Made by a program: the position numbers and the translations under genes
Shown here: positions 24,590 through 37,200 of the stretch, piece after piece
Layout of the letters: each line of letters starts with the position of its first letter
Position numbering within the stretch: the first letter of the stretch is position 1
The notes under the pieces: generated by a model
Told to the model about the DNA's origin: nothing
The model's input: the letters and a program-made list of their open reading frames with translations, nothing else
The model's database searches: none
DNA from: Vitrella brassicaformis CCMP3155
Lineage: Eukaryota > Protista > Chromerida
NCBI GenBank assembly: GCA_001179505.1
Contig: CDMY01000040.1
Span: 1 to 64,000, forward strand
Length of the DNA: 64,000 nucleotides
Direction of reading: 5' to 3'

Positions 24590-25730
24590 ATGTGCAGATC
24601 TTTCGCCGCCTTTGCAGCGCTTGTGGCTGCGTTGCCGTGCGTGCTGGGTACTCAGAAGGGCGCCATCAAGCTCGACTCGTGGACATATGAGAAGTTCCTG
24701 TCACTGCCTGGACAGAAGGTATGATAGGGCAGAGAGAGACTGGTGGTGGCTGACCAGCGGGTGGATGGCACTTTGTGTGTGGTGTGTGTTGGCTGCAGGT
24801 GCTGGTGAAATTCGACAAAGGTAGGCACTGCACTGCAGTGAAACAGACGGGTTATTGACGGTCACTCTGGTGTGTTGCTTTCTGTGGGCGTTTGACCAAC
24901 CAGCATACGCATACGGCGACACAGAAGGTCAGGCATGACACAGAGAAGAGAAGAGAATCGCTGCAGTGCACTGGTCCATCTCTCTCTGCACGTTGTGTGT
25001 TCAGATGCGTTCAAGAGTCTGTGCGAGAAGGTCTCCAAACACAGCTCCTTCTTCGTCGCCGAAGTGCCAATAGCCGGTACACACACGCCCACACACAGGC
25101 GACACAAGCCAGCGTCTTATTATTCACTCCTTCTCACGTGCCTGCTGTTGGTGCAGAGTACGGCGACAAGGAGAACGACGACCTGCGGGAGCGGTACAGC
25201 CTCAAGAAGGACGACTACCCCGTCTACAAGCTCGTGACCACCGGCCCCAACTTCGACGAAAAGGCCGTCAACTACACCGGCGACAAAACCGCAAGAGGTC
25301 AGTCACGGACACACACGGATGGGAAACAGAAACGGTCCCTGTTTCTGCGCGCGGCGTCACTTCAGATTTGGTGCGGTTTCTGAGAACCAATGGCATCCGC
25401 ATCACGTTAGCCCGGCACTCAAACTCACACACAGACGGCACATGACCTCTGCCCATCATCCTTTCCTTCCTTGTCTGTCTGTCTGCAGTGGTGTCGGAGG
25501 TCTGAAAGAGTATGACGAGCTGGCCGAGAAGTTCATCACCAAAACCAGTGAGGCGGACCGCAAGGCCGTGTTGGATGCGGCCCAGACAAAGGCTGGTGGC
25601 GAGGAGGACACCGACGTCAAGAACAAGGCCGAGATGTACGTCAAGACCATGAAGAAGATCGTCGAGAAGGGGCTCGACTACGTCAACACCGAGACCGAGC
25701 GAGTCGCCAAAGTGCTCGGGGTCAGCACAG

Positions 25731-25762
<32 letters not shown>

Positions 25763-25909
25763 GATGCGCCGATGTGGAATGGTGACATTAATTGCTGTCT
25801 CTTTTCGCTCCTATAGGGCAAGATGAGTGACGACAAGAAGAAGCAGATGGAGGTCAAGCTCGACGTGCTGTCCTCATTCGAGGGCGTCAAAGTGCACGAG
25901 GAGCTCTGA
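24590..25909 (+). CDS. ERP29: ERp29-like ER protein, 8 exons including 22- and 24-nt micro-exons
   Basis: Signal peptide; GAIKLDSWTYEKF...K|VLVKFDK|AYAYGDTE|DAFK...VAEVPI|AEYGDKENDDLRERY...YPVY; AEMYVKTMKKIVEKGLDYVNTETERV; C-terminal HEEL ER-retention signal. Confidence 0.92.
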
Positions 25910-26939
25910 CCGCAGGTAGCTCAATCGCTGGGTGGCTGGGTGGTGGGCGGGGTGCGGGGATCTATCGCATGGATGGACTGATGTGTGCTGCTGCATGCTG
26001 CATGAATCGATGTGTGAGCGTGGGTACGTGTGTGGACGGTCTGTCTATCTGTCTATCTCGACTGGGGGACAGACGGACATCACACAGGACTCAGTCAGGC
26101 AGAAAGGCAGGCAGCGCACATCCCAATTAAGGACTTACACGCCCTCATGCACTCACTAGTCATCTATAGTACTTGTGTGTACGTGTTTGTACTGTGTCTT
26201 TGTCCCCGTCAGCAGCCCGAGGGCGCGGGCAACCACAAGCAGTCGGACAGACAGAGAGCCAGACAGACATGCAGCCTGAGGTAGATAGAAAGACAAGCGG
26301 CTGTTTCTCCGTGTCTGTCGGTGGGCCTGTGTGTGTTTTGTGAGCGAGCGAGCGCACACGACTCGTTGGGGTTGGGCGTGTCAAGCAACAGATACAAGTT
26401 TATGGTGAGTGGCCGACCGATTGACCTCATCGTGTCAGACTAACATGCCATGATGAACGAACTCGGTCTTGCCTACTGGGCCGAGCGAGCCATCGCCCAC
26501 GCAGAGCCATCCAGAACCACACACAGGAATGATAGGCCATTCATTGGCACGTCCGTCTGCCGTGTCTTCGACGGGTTTCCTCCCCTTCCTCCCGACGCTT
26601 TTGCCAGGCACCCAAGATCAGGCCCAGGCGAAGGCGTCGAAGGAAGGAGATGCAACCCGTCAAGGGACAACGGCATAAGGCGCAAGAACCAGACTGGAGA
26701 CCCTTGACCCCGTCAATTCATTGTCTCTGCGTCGATGCGTTCGTGTTGCTGCTGTTCGCACAGCCGCCTTGACCCTGTGGCACACCCAGAGGTGATTCTG
26801 GATGCGCCACGAGGTCGGTGTAGCTTGTCGATACCAGCAACGAGAACACATGTACGGCTGAATCCATCCATCCATCAGCCCACCCTCCCTCTCTGAAGCT
26901 AGCTGTACAACCAGGCGTCCCCTCCCTCCCCTCCCCTAC

Positions 26940-27928
26940 TCAGTCAGCAATGGCAGCCATCTGCCTGAAGGTGGCGTTGTTACGCAGCCTAGCGTAGTCC
27001 TTCAACTCGAAGTCGAATCGGATGCCCTTGCCCCGCTCCTCGGCGTGCGCCACCTTCCGCAGCGTGCCCAGGTAGAGGTAGGCCCCGCCCACCGGCCGGC
27101 AGAGCAGCAGCACGTGCATGGATGAGTCTTCGCGCAGCCGCCGCACCAGCGGGTGTGCGGGGCCGTACCGCTCTGGGGCGTACCAGTTGATGTTCCGCCC
27201 CTTGTTGGTGAGCAGGTTGCCGTAGGCGGTGCATGCAGATGAGGAGCGGGGGGAGGGCTGGTGCTGCTGGTCGAGTGCGGGCAGGTTGATGAAGAGGATG
27301 GCGGCGTTCGTCAACCTGAGCAAGGCAGCACATAGTGCGTACAACCATGGACACACAACACGTCTCAGTTGTTCTTCTCCTCTTTGTGTGTTCGCGTCGT
27401 TGGTTACTCTAGGATGCCGGCGTATTTGTTGAAGCGCACAGGTCCGTTGCAGAGGAGTGTTATGGCCTCTCGCTTGAGCTTGCCGACCTCGTTGCCCACG
27501 TGCTCATTCAGACACGAAGGATTCACCACCTGCAATGCAATGCAACACGACACACATCAATGAGACCAGACCTTGCCCGTGTTTGTGTATGTTGCTCACA
27601 ACGTTCTTGGCAGATGGAGTGGCGCGCTGCACCCATCCACACACACACACACACACACAGAGTCATGCAGAGAAGCATCCAACTTGGGCATCCAATGCGC
27701 TGAATGCACGAAGCCCTCCCCCACCTGAATGAAGAAGTGCCTGATGTGGTCCACGATCTCTATGGGGACGGCCGCCATGTCCGGGCTACGCATCCAGGCC
27801 CACAGCAGCATCAGCACAGGGCTGGGAGGAGGGGCAGGTGCGAGAGAGGAAGAGGCCGCTTCCCCCCGCCCATTCTTCTGTTTCTTGGCCGCCGCCCCTC
27901 CGGCGCCTCCCTTGCGCTTTCTGGCCAT
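26940..27928 (-). CDS. NLS-bearing protein with DUF3427-like (PUA/SRA-like) domain, 3 exons
   Basis: Exons 27928-27725, 27529-27408, 27315-26940. MARKRK...KKQK; AILFINL...YGNLLTNKGRNINW...VLLLCR...YLYLG...IRFDFEL matches my recollection of the DUF3427 motif order. Confidence 0.6.
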
Positions 27929-27957
27929 CTCAAAAGCTACCTCGTCATCTCCAAGAG

Positions 27958-27965
27958 TGCGAGCT
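27958..27965 (+). promoter_or_regulatory. TGCGAGCT candidate promoter motif
   Basis: In the ~190-bp divergent interval 27928(-)/28122(+). Confidence 0.5.
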
Positions 27966-28121
27966 TGAAGCCAGAGAGGCAGGGATGTGCAGGAGAGGAT
28001 GTATGGGAGAGGACACAGAAGAGTCCATACAAGACCATGCTATCACAGACACTTGTAGATCTCTCGAATTCAGCGGCTCATTCATGACCATTGTGGGCGC
28101 ATCGAGTCTTCACAAGCTGGC

Positions 28122-28992
28122 ATGATGAAGAAGGTGCATTTCGACTTCACTGGCAAGGTCAGATCTACGCAGAAACAATTGATGGATGCACCTTGCTGTT
28201 GCCTCTGACTGTGTGCAGCGTGCGCTCGTCACAGGGGCTGGCAAAGGCATTGGCCGGGCGGTGGCAAAGGCCCTCATCGACAGCGGCGCTGAGGTGATTG
28301 CAGTGACAAGGACGCAGGCCGATCTTGACTCCCTGAAGGCAGAGGTGGCCGCTGAGGGGAAACCCAGCAATTGCCTTGTGTGCGTCGCTGTGGATGTGGG
28401 TGACGCCGGTGCTCTGCGGCCTGCACTGGAGGGCTGCGGCGACATCGACCTGGTGGTCAACAACGCGGGCATCAACGTGCTGCAGACCTTCCTCGAGACC
28501 ACGGCAGACGCCTTCGACCTGACCATGAGCGTCAACCTTCGGGCGTGCCTCGTCGCCTCACAAGTGGCCGCCGAGTCGATGATCCGCCGGGGCGTCAAGG
28601 GGACCATCGTCAACGTCTCCAGCCAGGCCTCGTTGCTGGCGCTGCCCAAGCACACGGCCTACTGTGCGAGCAAGGCTGCCCTGGACATGCTCACCAAGTC
28701 TGCAGCACTGGAGCTCGGCCCTCACGGCATCCGGTGTAACGCCGTCAACCCGACGGTCGTCATGACCGACCTGGGCAAGGCGGCCTGGGCGGAGGCCAAG
28801 AAGTCGGCGCCCATGCTGGACGGCATTCCCCTCGAGAGGTTTGCCGGTGTGGACGAGGTGGTGCAGCCGATACTCTTCCTGCTATCCGAGGGAGCCTCGA
28901 TGATCAACGGGACGGTGCTGCCCGTCGATGGCGGATTCACGTGCGCCGCCACGCTTCGGAAGGATGCAGTGCTGGCCGCAGAGAAGGCATGA
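28122..28992 (+). CDS. DCXR: Short-chain dehydrogenase, L-xylulose reductase/carbonyl reductase-like, 2 exons (28122-28157, 28219-28992)
   Basis: FDFTGK|RALVTGAGKGIG, NNAG, NVSSQAS, YCASK, NAVNPTVVMTDLG, LPVDGGF. Confidence 0.88.
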
Positions 28993-29803
28993 GGACAAGT
29001 AATGTAGGACTTGGTCCTTGTTTTGCCTTGCCCTTGTCTGCCTGCGGATTGTATTGTAGTTGGTTGGTTTCAGTAGGGGCAGCCAGTGTGTGGAATACAT
29101 TGCAATGACGTGGGGTTATTTATTGAAAGCTGACTTTCTGTGTCTGCTGGCCGCGTGCTGCATATGCCTGTGTCTGCGTGTGCGCCGTGCACCGCCGCAC
29201 ACGCACACGCACAGACACTACATGCACATGCACGGACGAAGGGGTGTGCGTCTCCTTCCCTCTCTCTCCATGTGTGTGTGTCGGCGCCTTGCACCCTGAC
29301 TCTGTGGGAGGGATGAGATGAGTTTGTTATGTGTAGTCGGCATGGTCAAGGCAAGTTGAGCGAGTTGCCTGTCCGGTCTGTTGGCTGAGTACTCGAAACC
29401 ACCTGTCTACCCTGCTTCGAGGAAGGAGGAAAACAGCCATGCACTGAAAAGAAGCAGAGGGCCCCTGCAACTGACATACGTGCATCGAAGAGGCTACAGC
29501 GCATGGCCATCTGTCTGTTTGTCCAGCTGTCCACGACAATGGACAGAGATGACAGACACAGACACACATCCGTAAAGCACCGACAAAAAGGCACACGTAG
29601 GGCAACCAGACAGACAGACAGACAGAGAGAAAGAGAGGATCTGCCTCATAATTTCCTTACACACAGCACCTACCACTCACCACACCATCCAGCCTACACC
29701 ACACCACCCACATGTGTACACGTCCAGTCACGAACCTCACTCAGCCAGCCGAGTTGAAGAAAGAATGCCATTAATGAATGCAGGATAGATCACCCCCTCC
29801 CAC

Positions 29804-30711
29804 TCACGGGTGGATGGCCTTGACACATGCCTCGAGGCTGTCGCCATGGGTGAAGGTGAACCGGGTGCGCACCTTCTTCCACAGACCGAAGGCAGAGCAG
29901 TGCACTCTGACGTGTGTCTTCCCCGTCACGTGCCACCGCGCCCAGTCCCTCCACAAATGAAACAACATCTTCGGTCCGCCAGGGCCCTGCTCGACGCGCC
30001 CCACTCCGATGCCCACTCTGTACGTGTCGAAGCGGTAACATGCAATTTGGTTGTTGTGGCCTTCGTGGGGGCTGGGCCGTGCATCGAATCCGCGGATGAT
30101 TTCCCACGCCACACGGCCACGCACCTGGATGCTGATCGTGGCCTCGGCACACCCCTTGTGAACCTCGCCAACAGACGATGCCTCGACGCAGAATGCGAGC
30201 GGCTGGTCCCCGGTGTTGATGCTGAACTTGAGGTATGCATCGCCCTCGGTGGTCAGCTCCCCAGCGTCGGCATCCCACGTCCCACTCCCTGTCATCCTTC
30301 TGAGCTCCAGAGGGAAACGCTGCTGCTTCTTCTCGGGGACGGGGAGCCCCAGCATGTCGCTGAGCCTCACATACTCCGCTCGCAGGTCCACGGGGATGGC
30401 CGATGGGCCCACCTCGGCCAGGTGCCTCTCCAGGCTCTCCCGCTCCAGCCGCTTGACGATCAGCGCGAAGCTGTCAGCGTCATAGTGAGGCAGAAGGATG
30501 CGGCCCTGGTCGTCTTTCTTGCAATGGTCGCTCCATATGTCGCTGAGCATCAGCGTCAGGCAGGAACTCGGAAACTGCGAGCGAAGGTGCGCCACCACAG
30601 ATGACGAGAGCGTCATTGGGCTGCCGCCAACGATGAGATCTACATCCGAAGGGGCAGAAGAGTCGTTCGACGACAGCATGGTTGTTGAAGGAGGGGGCGG
30701 AGCGGACGGCA
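29804..30711 (-). CDS. Intronless BTB/POZ-like protein; start uncertain
   Basis: VDLIVGGSPMTLSSS...KDDQGRILLPHYDADSFALIVKRL resembles a KCTD-type BTB; ~300-aa open frame. Confidence 0.6.
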
Positions 30712-30988
30712 TGACGGTCGAATCAGCGACACTGATGCGCACCCCCCACACACAACAAAGACGATTTGGGAGAGATCTCCACCTCGCTTCCCAGCCTGTG
30801 CGTACATACCTCGAGAGCTCGTGCTGCTGCATCCCTTCAACCAGACGGAGATCTCTTCAGCCGAAGTCCTGATGCACACAGAGGCGAGTGCAGGTCTGGG
30901 AACCATCTTCCCTCATGTGCACACCTGCGCTCCACCCGGAAGTTTCTGGTTTCTGTCCGAATTTGCGACAAAACAGCCTCGATCTTTC

Positions 30989-31193
30989 GCGAGCTTAGCT
31001 CGCAGAAAGGCCATGACCAAATCTTCGTGTTTTCCCCCTCTTTCTCCGCGAGTCACTGTGTGTCTGACCCGGGGAGACATTCGTCGAATGAAATCGCAAA
31101 ACGAATTTGCCAGGTTCGAGAAAACCATCAATTCGACCCTCACTCGATCAGGCCGAGAAGGAGATGTCCTGGACCACATTTCAACGCTTCACA
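30989..31193 (+). repeat. ~200-bp element shared with 47425-47636 (inverted), in a divergent promoter interval; includes TGCGAGCT (30997-31004, minus)
   Basis: About 10 differences over 145 nt, a 65-nt identical core, and a palindrome gcgagcttagctcgc at its upstream end. Confidence 0.85.
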
Positions 31194-31432
31194 GATGCGG
31201 GGCTGGCTCCCCGAGGCTTACCCACTCGAGATCTGGAAGCGGGCAGCCTCGATCAGGCCCCGACAGAGGAGAGCCCTCCCTCCTCGCCTGCTCTCTCCTC
31301 CTGTCTGCCTTGTCTTCCTGTCTTCTTGTTGACTGCAGACGCTGCCTTTGTTTATCTGCCTTTGTTTATCTGCTACCTTTGATAGAAATCAATAAGAAGA
31401 CTCGTTGGCTCCTCTCTTCCCCTTCAGCTCTT

Positions 31433-32258
31433 ATGGTGATTTGGGCAGTGACTGTCCTGCTGGTTCTCTCTGTGGCCTGGACGTCAGCAAAACCCGCGCA
31501 ACAGGTACACAGAGAGGACGACGATTTGATGTCGTGAGAGAGAGGATGACTTGTGTGTTCAGGTCCACTTGCGTCGCGTGCAGGAGGCCTCACCGCCGAA
31601 CGGCACGTCGCTGTCTGCGTCAGAGTATGAGGGGCTGATCGGCCTCCTTGGAAACGGCACCACGCGACTCGCCTCGCTCTACCGGTAGACCCACGCGCTT
31701 GACTCCAGATTCCGTTTCTGTGCATGTGTGTGTGTGTGTGTGTGTGTGTGTAGGACATCTGAGCACGGCACCAGCTATGACGACCTGATCGACCGTGTGG
31801 GCGACGCAAAGCCTTTGGTGTTTGTGGTCAGAAAGGATCAGTACGTGTTCGGCGCCTTCATCAGTGCCGGCCTGCGGCTGCCCGACGACCCGGCCAGCTA
31901 CCATCGAGTCGAGTGTGATGTGTGGCATTTCTCGCTGGCCGGCCACTTCCCCCAGCCGACCAAGATCGAGATCGAGCAATGGGAGCACTATGTGGAGGTG
32001 GCGGGGGGGCAGAGGAGTGTGGCGGTTGGGGGCCCTTCGGTGTACATTGGTGGGGTCCTGTGGGTGAAGGCAGAGTACGATGTTGGCGTGGCTGCTGATG
32101 ATGTCCTCTACTGCAAACAGCTCACTCGGAGTGTGCCTGAGGGCTACACGGGAGTGAGTACTGAATATGGCACGGCTCTTCTGGCTGGCTGGTCCACGTT
32201 CATGGCTGACGAGATCGAGGTGCTGCACGTGGTGGGTTGGGGCAGTAATCAAGAGTGA
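31433..32258 (+). CDS. Signal peptide + stand-alone TLDc domain, 3 exons (31433-31504, 31563-31684, 31754-32258)
   Basis: MVIWAVTVLLVLSVAWTSAKP; LYR|TSEHGTSYDDLIDRVGDAKPLVFVVRKDQYVFGAFI...FSL...LW...FMADEIEV. Confidence 0.8.
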
Positions 32259-32317
32259 GGCGTCTGTCTGTCTGTGTCCTTCGTCACTCCTCGTTTTTTC
32301 TCGTTCGATGCGATTCG

Positions 32318-32351
<34 letters not shown>

Positions 32352-32660
32352 CTTTATAAAGGCAGCAGATGTCCGACACGGATGTGAGTGTGTGTCTGTC
32401 TGTGCCGATGTGACCTGACAGCACAGCCAAACCGCTGCGTGGCCGATTGACTGAGTGAATGTCAGTCAGTCTGGCGATCATGTGAAAGTAAAAGTGCGTT
32501 CATTCGCTCAAGCCCAGACCAACCAACAGTCAGGAGTAGGGTCTCAAAAACACCAACACACATCTCATCATCCGTAATTAACACCTTCGCACACGGAAAA
32601 TGTCCACATTCGCTGGCCATCCATCCATCTATCCGGTCAGTCTCTCTCTCTCTCTCTCTC

Positions 32661-33889
32661 TCAGTATGTGGTGACAGCGGGCCACCCCAGCACCTGCCGT
32701 ATCTCCTCCAGCCGCTTCCTGTTGCTGTCGTTGTCGCCCTACACAACACACACACACACACACCCATCAGCAGCCAGTGTGTGAATGGTTGTGCTGGTGG
32801 GGCCTGCCTGCCCGTGTGTCGGCTTACGAGTGGAGTGGTGAATGGGAACACAAAGATGGTGTCCCTCGACCTTGAGCTGGCCAAACACAGCTTCAGGTCG
32901 GGCTTCATCAGAAACTCAATGTCGTCATAACCGCCAGGAATGAACGAAGGCACCTACCGCACAGACACACAGAAACATGATAAGAGGGAGAACACATGAG
33001 TGTCTTGCTGCTTGTGTGGCTGTTGTTTGACACACTGACTTCAGCTCTGAGGTAGAGCCGCTCATCGTCGACTCTTTTGACGGTCGCCTCGGGCCAAAAA
33101 GTCACCGTCTGCACCAGCTTGTTCCACGCTGCATGGCATTGATGCAACCACAACATCTGCAGGCTCCGTCCGAGTGCGTAATGCAAGGCACGGCACCTGA
33201 CCTGCTCGTGGGTCGCTTTGCCTGTCCTCGAATGAGCCCTCGTAGGACCAGGGCGGCACATACCTCTCGGGCACACGCACTGCAGAGCTGCTCACCTGCG
33301 CACAAACCACACGACACACTCTTTCTCTCACGAGTATGTGCTGTGCAGCAAATATGTGCAATCATCAATCTATCCGACGTCTCGCCTCCCTTACGCAGTT
33401 CTGCGTCGCTCGGCACTCACGCAGCCTGGACAGTACAGTACCAGCCGCCCACAAGCAGAACACGGACACGGACAACCCTCTCCGTGTGTGTGATTGATTG
33501 ATTGATCGGCCGAGGTGGGCCTACGTGCTGTACCTACCTGCCGTCTTTGAGGTCGCTGTGTCTGCACGAGATCTTTTGCCCGAATGCCAGCGGCACCGTC
33601 TCGCACTCACGAGTCTCCTCGGCACTCAACCGAAGGCTGCGCGACACATCGCCCTCACCACAGGCACATTGTGCATAGGCCGTCAAACCCGCCATTGCAG
33701 CCAGATGGCCTCCGATAAGCTCTCGCCGGGACTTGTGAACGGACATGGAACACTGATGCCTTCTCCTCGCTGCAGAGGGAAAGGGCCTCTGCTGCTGCCG
33801 ACGAGCCGCATAAGACGGTCCTCTCTCACTCAGGTATGCCTTGACGGCTCGGCAGAAGAGCCACATGGCCAGCAACAGCCACGAGTGCA
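32661..33889 (-). CDS. DUF1499 family protein with putative plastid/thylakoid targeting leader
   Basis: LRECRATQNC|VSS...YVPPWSY (31-nt micro-exon 33425-33395); YLRAE|VPSFIPGGYDDIEF...SRSRD...L|GDNDSNRKRLEEIRQVLGW. Leader has a signal peptide, an Arg/Ser-rich segment and SRRELIGG. Confidence 0.8.
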
Positions 33890-34093
33890 TAATTGACGAG
33901 CGCCCGGTCAGCTGACGTGAGTGCATCTTCAATGAACCGACCTGCAGACGCAACACACACGGAAAGGCAATGAATGAGCGCGTCTGCTTCAAGAGATCTA
34001 CACGTGGTTCTGATAGCATTGCCTTTTCTGGGCTCTGCTGTGTGCTCGGCCGACCGTCTGCTGCCCGTTTCGCCGACGTGCTGACGATCGCCA

Positions 34094-34101
34094 TGCGAGC
34101 T
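34094..34101 (+). promoter_or_regulatory. TGCGAGCT candidate promoter motif
   Basis: In the divergent interval 33889(-)/34241(+). Confidence 0.5.
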
Positions 34102-34240
34102 AAGCCAAAACATTCTATCCGAGGAAGGACAACACACAAGGCCCTGCCCGCAGGAGAGAGAGCACAACAGCAGGGCAGATCTGCCTTGTCCAGCTAGAAG
34201 CTCCAACCGGAAGATCAAGATCCGCCCCGGCAGACAGAGA

Positions 34241-37200
34241 ATGAACGCGTCGCCATCCTCCACCGACACTGTCGTGCCGGCCGATGCCGTGGGAGGGGAG
34301 GCCTGGATGGATGACACCCACACGCATGCCGACAGCCGACAGCCTCTCGACCATGTGCGGCTGCTTCGTGACAAGGTGGCGGCTTACCTGCACGGGGCTG
34401 GGATGGACCACCCCTGCACCGATGCACCCGACGACGTGCGATTCGCATGGGAACTCGAAACTGCAAGGTGCAGATGGTGCCTTCATGCTTGGTTGTGGTC
34501 TGCGTTGGCATGTGTTGTGTTGTGTGTCAGCCGCATCCAGGGATCGCTGCGGGAACGGTGTCAGCTGATGCGCGAAATGGTCATGATGCGGGGCGCTGAG
34601 CTGCCCGAGAGCTCCGTCAAGCACGCCGCGGAGGAGCGGCTGCACATGCCCGACTACCAAGAGGCCATCCAGAGGGCACAGCAGGAGGCCAGCAAGCTGC
34701 TGGGGGCCGACCAGCAGGAGGAGGACGAGATGCTGGAATTGCTATCACAGGATGGTAGGCGCAGCGACACCGCACCCACCGCAGGGAGAGAGAAGGTGCC
34801 AGGCCTAGGTGTGGTTGTGTATGTCGATCAGATGAGGGCAGTGTGACGACGGCGTACGGCACCCCTCAGCACATGGAGGACACCACCATGGCGGCAGGAG
34901 GGCAAGGAAACCGCCCACAGACGGGTACGGTAGATACGATCGGCGCCGACATTGGTGCAGGCAGGCACGTGTGTGGGAGGGACCCTAATGCCGTCTGTGT
35001 GTTGTGTGTGTCTGCCTGTGCTGTGCAGATTTGCGTCGGGTGACGGCGGTGTCGGAGCTGGAGTCGCTGACCGAAAAGCACGGCAGCGGTCTGTTCCTCA
35101 AGCTGATGGAGATTTACCAGATCGACAGCAGCTCCTGGCGCGCATCGGCATCGCTCCAGCAGCTCCAGCAGATGGCATCAGACATCGGTCAGTATTTATT
35201 GTGCGACCCTCCCTCCGCAGAAACAAACACCATATAGCGTGATGTGTGTGCGCTGCCTGTCCGTCTGTGTGTATCTGCTCCATGGATGCAGCTGCAGAGG
35301 CGAGGCGGTCGGCTGCTGCTCACGCCCCCCCTCCCACCAGCACCAAGAGTACCATCACCACCATCAAGCCCCGTGACCCACTGCAGCCACGTGAGCAGCC
35401 GACCGACACAGTGCAGCGTCTATGCCCGTGTGTGTGTGAGTGAGTCTGTCGTGTGTCGTGTGTGCAGATGACGTGTACGTGAGCGACTGGCCTGCGCGTC
35501 TTGTCGGTGTGGACCCATCGGCCGCAGAGGTGCACCGCGGCGACTTTCCCTCAAGTGAGGATGGATGATGGATGGATGGATGGACACAGACCGCTCCAAG
35601 TTGGTGCGTCTGTCTGTATGTTAGATCACTCTACAGCTCTGACGGTCAACATACGGATGGCCCTCAAGAAGTGGAAGGTCATCAGATACTCATGGAGCTC
35701 GGATGAATTCCCCCTCGAGAGCTTTGACGTCTCTTGCACACTCACAACCGACAGGTGGGTGCGTCAGAGAAAGAGAGAGAGGGTCGGATGGATGGATGGA
35801 TGGATCGTTGGCTGGGTCAGGCTGTGGAAGTACTGGGACCACGAAGAGAGCCGCGTCGTCAAAGCCACCCTGCACTCCGGCAGACATGGACAGGCAGGAC
35901 ACAAGCAAGATGCACACTTGGGATGCGTGTGTGTGTGTGTGTATGTGTGTGTGTGTGTGTGTGTGCAGGATTTTGTGTTTCTGTGCGAGTGGCCGATGGA
36001 TTTGCTGCAGGCGCTCTTCTCCCTCCTCAATGCACAGTTCACAAAGGAGTTCCAACACCGACGTGCAGAGTAAGCAGAGCGACACACTCGGACGCACAGA
36101 GACAGACATACATGTGTGTGGTGGGTGTGTGCGTGGGGTGCACCAGGTCGATTGGTGAGCGCGCCATGCGGTGCATCTTCTCTGCACCGGTTCTGAAATC
36201 GAAACTCTTGGTCAGCACCAACACGCACACACACACTCACACTCCGGATGCCTAGATGTGGAAATGCCCTGTCCGCAATATTTGTCAGACGTCGTGGTTC
36301 CACTACCTCTGTGCCACCGGCCAGACGGACCAGCCCACCGAGGTCCTCCAAGACCCAAACACCTACTACGACACACACGCCCACGCCCCCACCCCCACAC
36401 ACACGCCCACAAGTCGCCCGCACCAGCACAACCAGCACAACCAGCAGCAGCAGCGGCCTACTCCCACATCTGCTTCCATGCCCAAAGAAGACACAAAAGG
36501 TGAGGAAAGGGCACGAGAGATTCACTTAATTACCATCTCACAGCACATAGATACATTGATGTGGGCGTCTGGGTGCTCTGCTGCAGGGGGAGGGTCGGTG
36601 GATCAGTGGCGGTCGTGTCTGCTGAGCGGCCCCCTGCCAGACAGCGTCATGTGGACAGGATTCCTCGACAGGCAGCGGGACGGCGTGTCGGAGAGCGACC
36701 TCACCCTGGTGGTCATGTACGTGCTGCAGTACTGGCGGGTCTCACTCTACTACCTTGTGAGCAACACCAGGCTTCATGGTGGGTGGACACACAGTGGACA
36801 CATAGTATATTGGGTGTGTGTCGGGTGTGTCTGTGCAGCTGACGGAGCTTGTTCCCTGTGAGAGTGAGAATGACTGCGGCGTGTTCGTCCGGCTCGACCC
36901 CCAACCGTGAGCAGCAAGCACCACACAGCACACGCCCACACACCACCAGAAGCAAGCTGCTCGATGTGGTTTGATCGATTCCCTTAGGTTGAAGCGTCCC
37001 GGCAAGGACCGCCAGGGCCACATCACGACCCTATGGCGGCTGTGCATACACTACGGCGACAAGATGCAGGTGCGCGGCACACACACACACACACACAGTT
37101 GCCTTGATGCTGTCTGTCTGTCTGTCTGTTGTGGCCCCTGCTTCTCAGTCCGTTGCGTGTGTGACGCAGTGGCCCAGGGCGGCCATGGAGGCGCTCGTCG

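Noticed and set aside
26450-26707. 85-aa ORF between ERp29 and the DUF3427-like gene
   Set aside because: No recognisable motif, splice partners or paralogue.
31108-31140. GGTTCGAG and ATTCGACCC as a tRNA or tRNA-derived SINE
   Set aside because: No cloverleaf, acceptor stem or clear A-box could be built.
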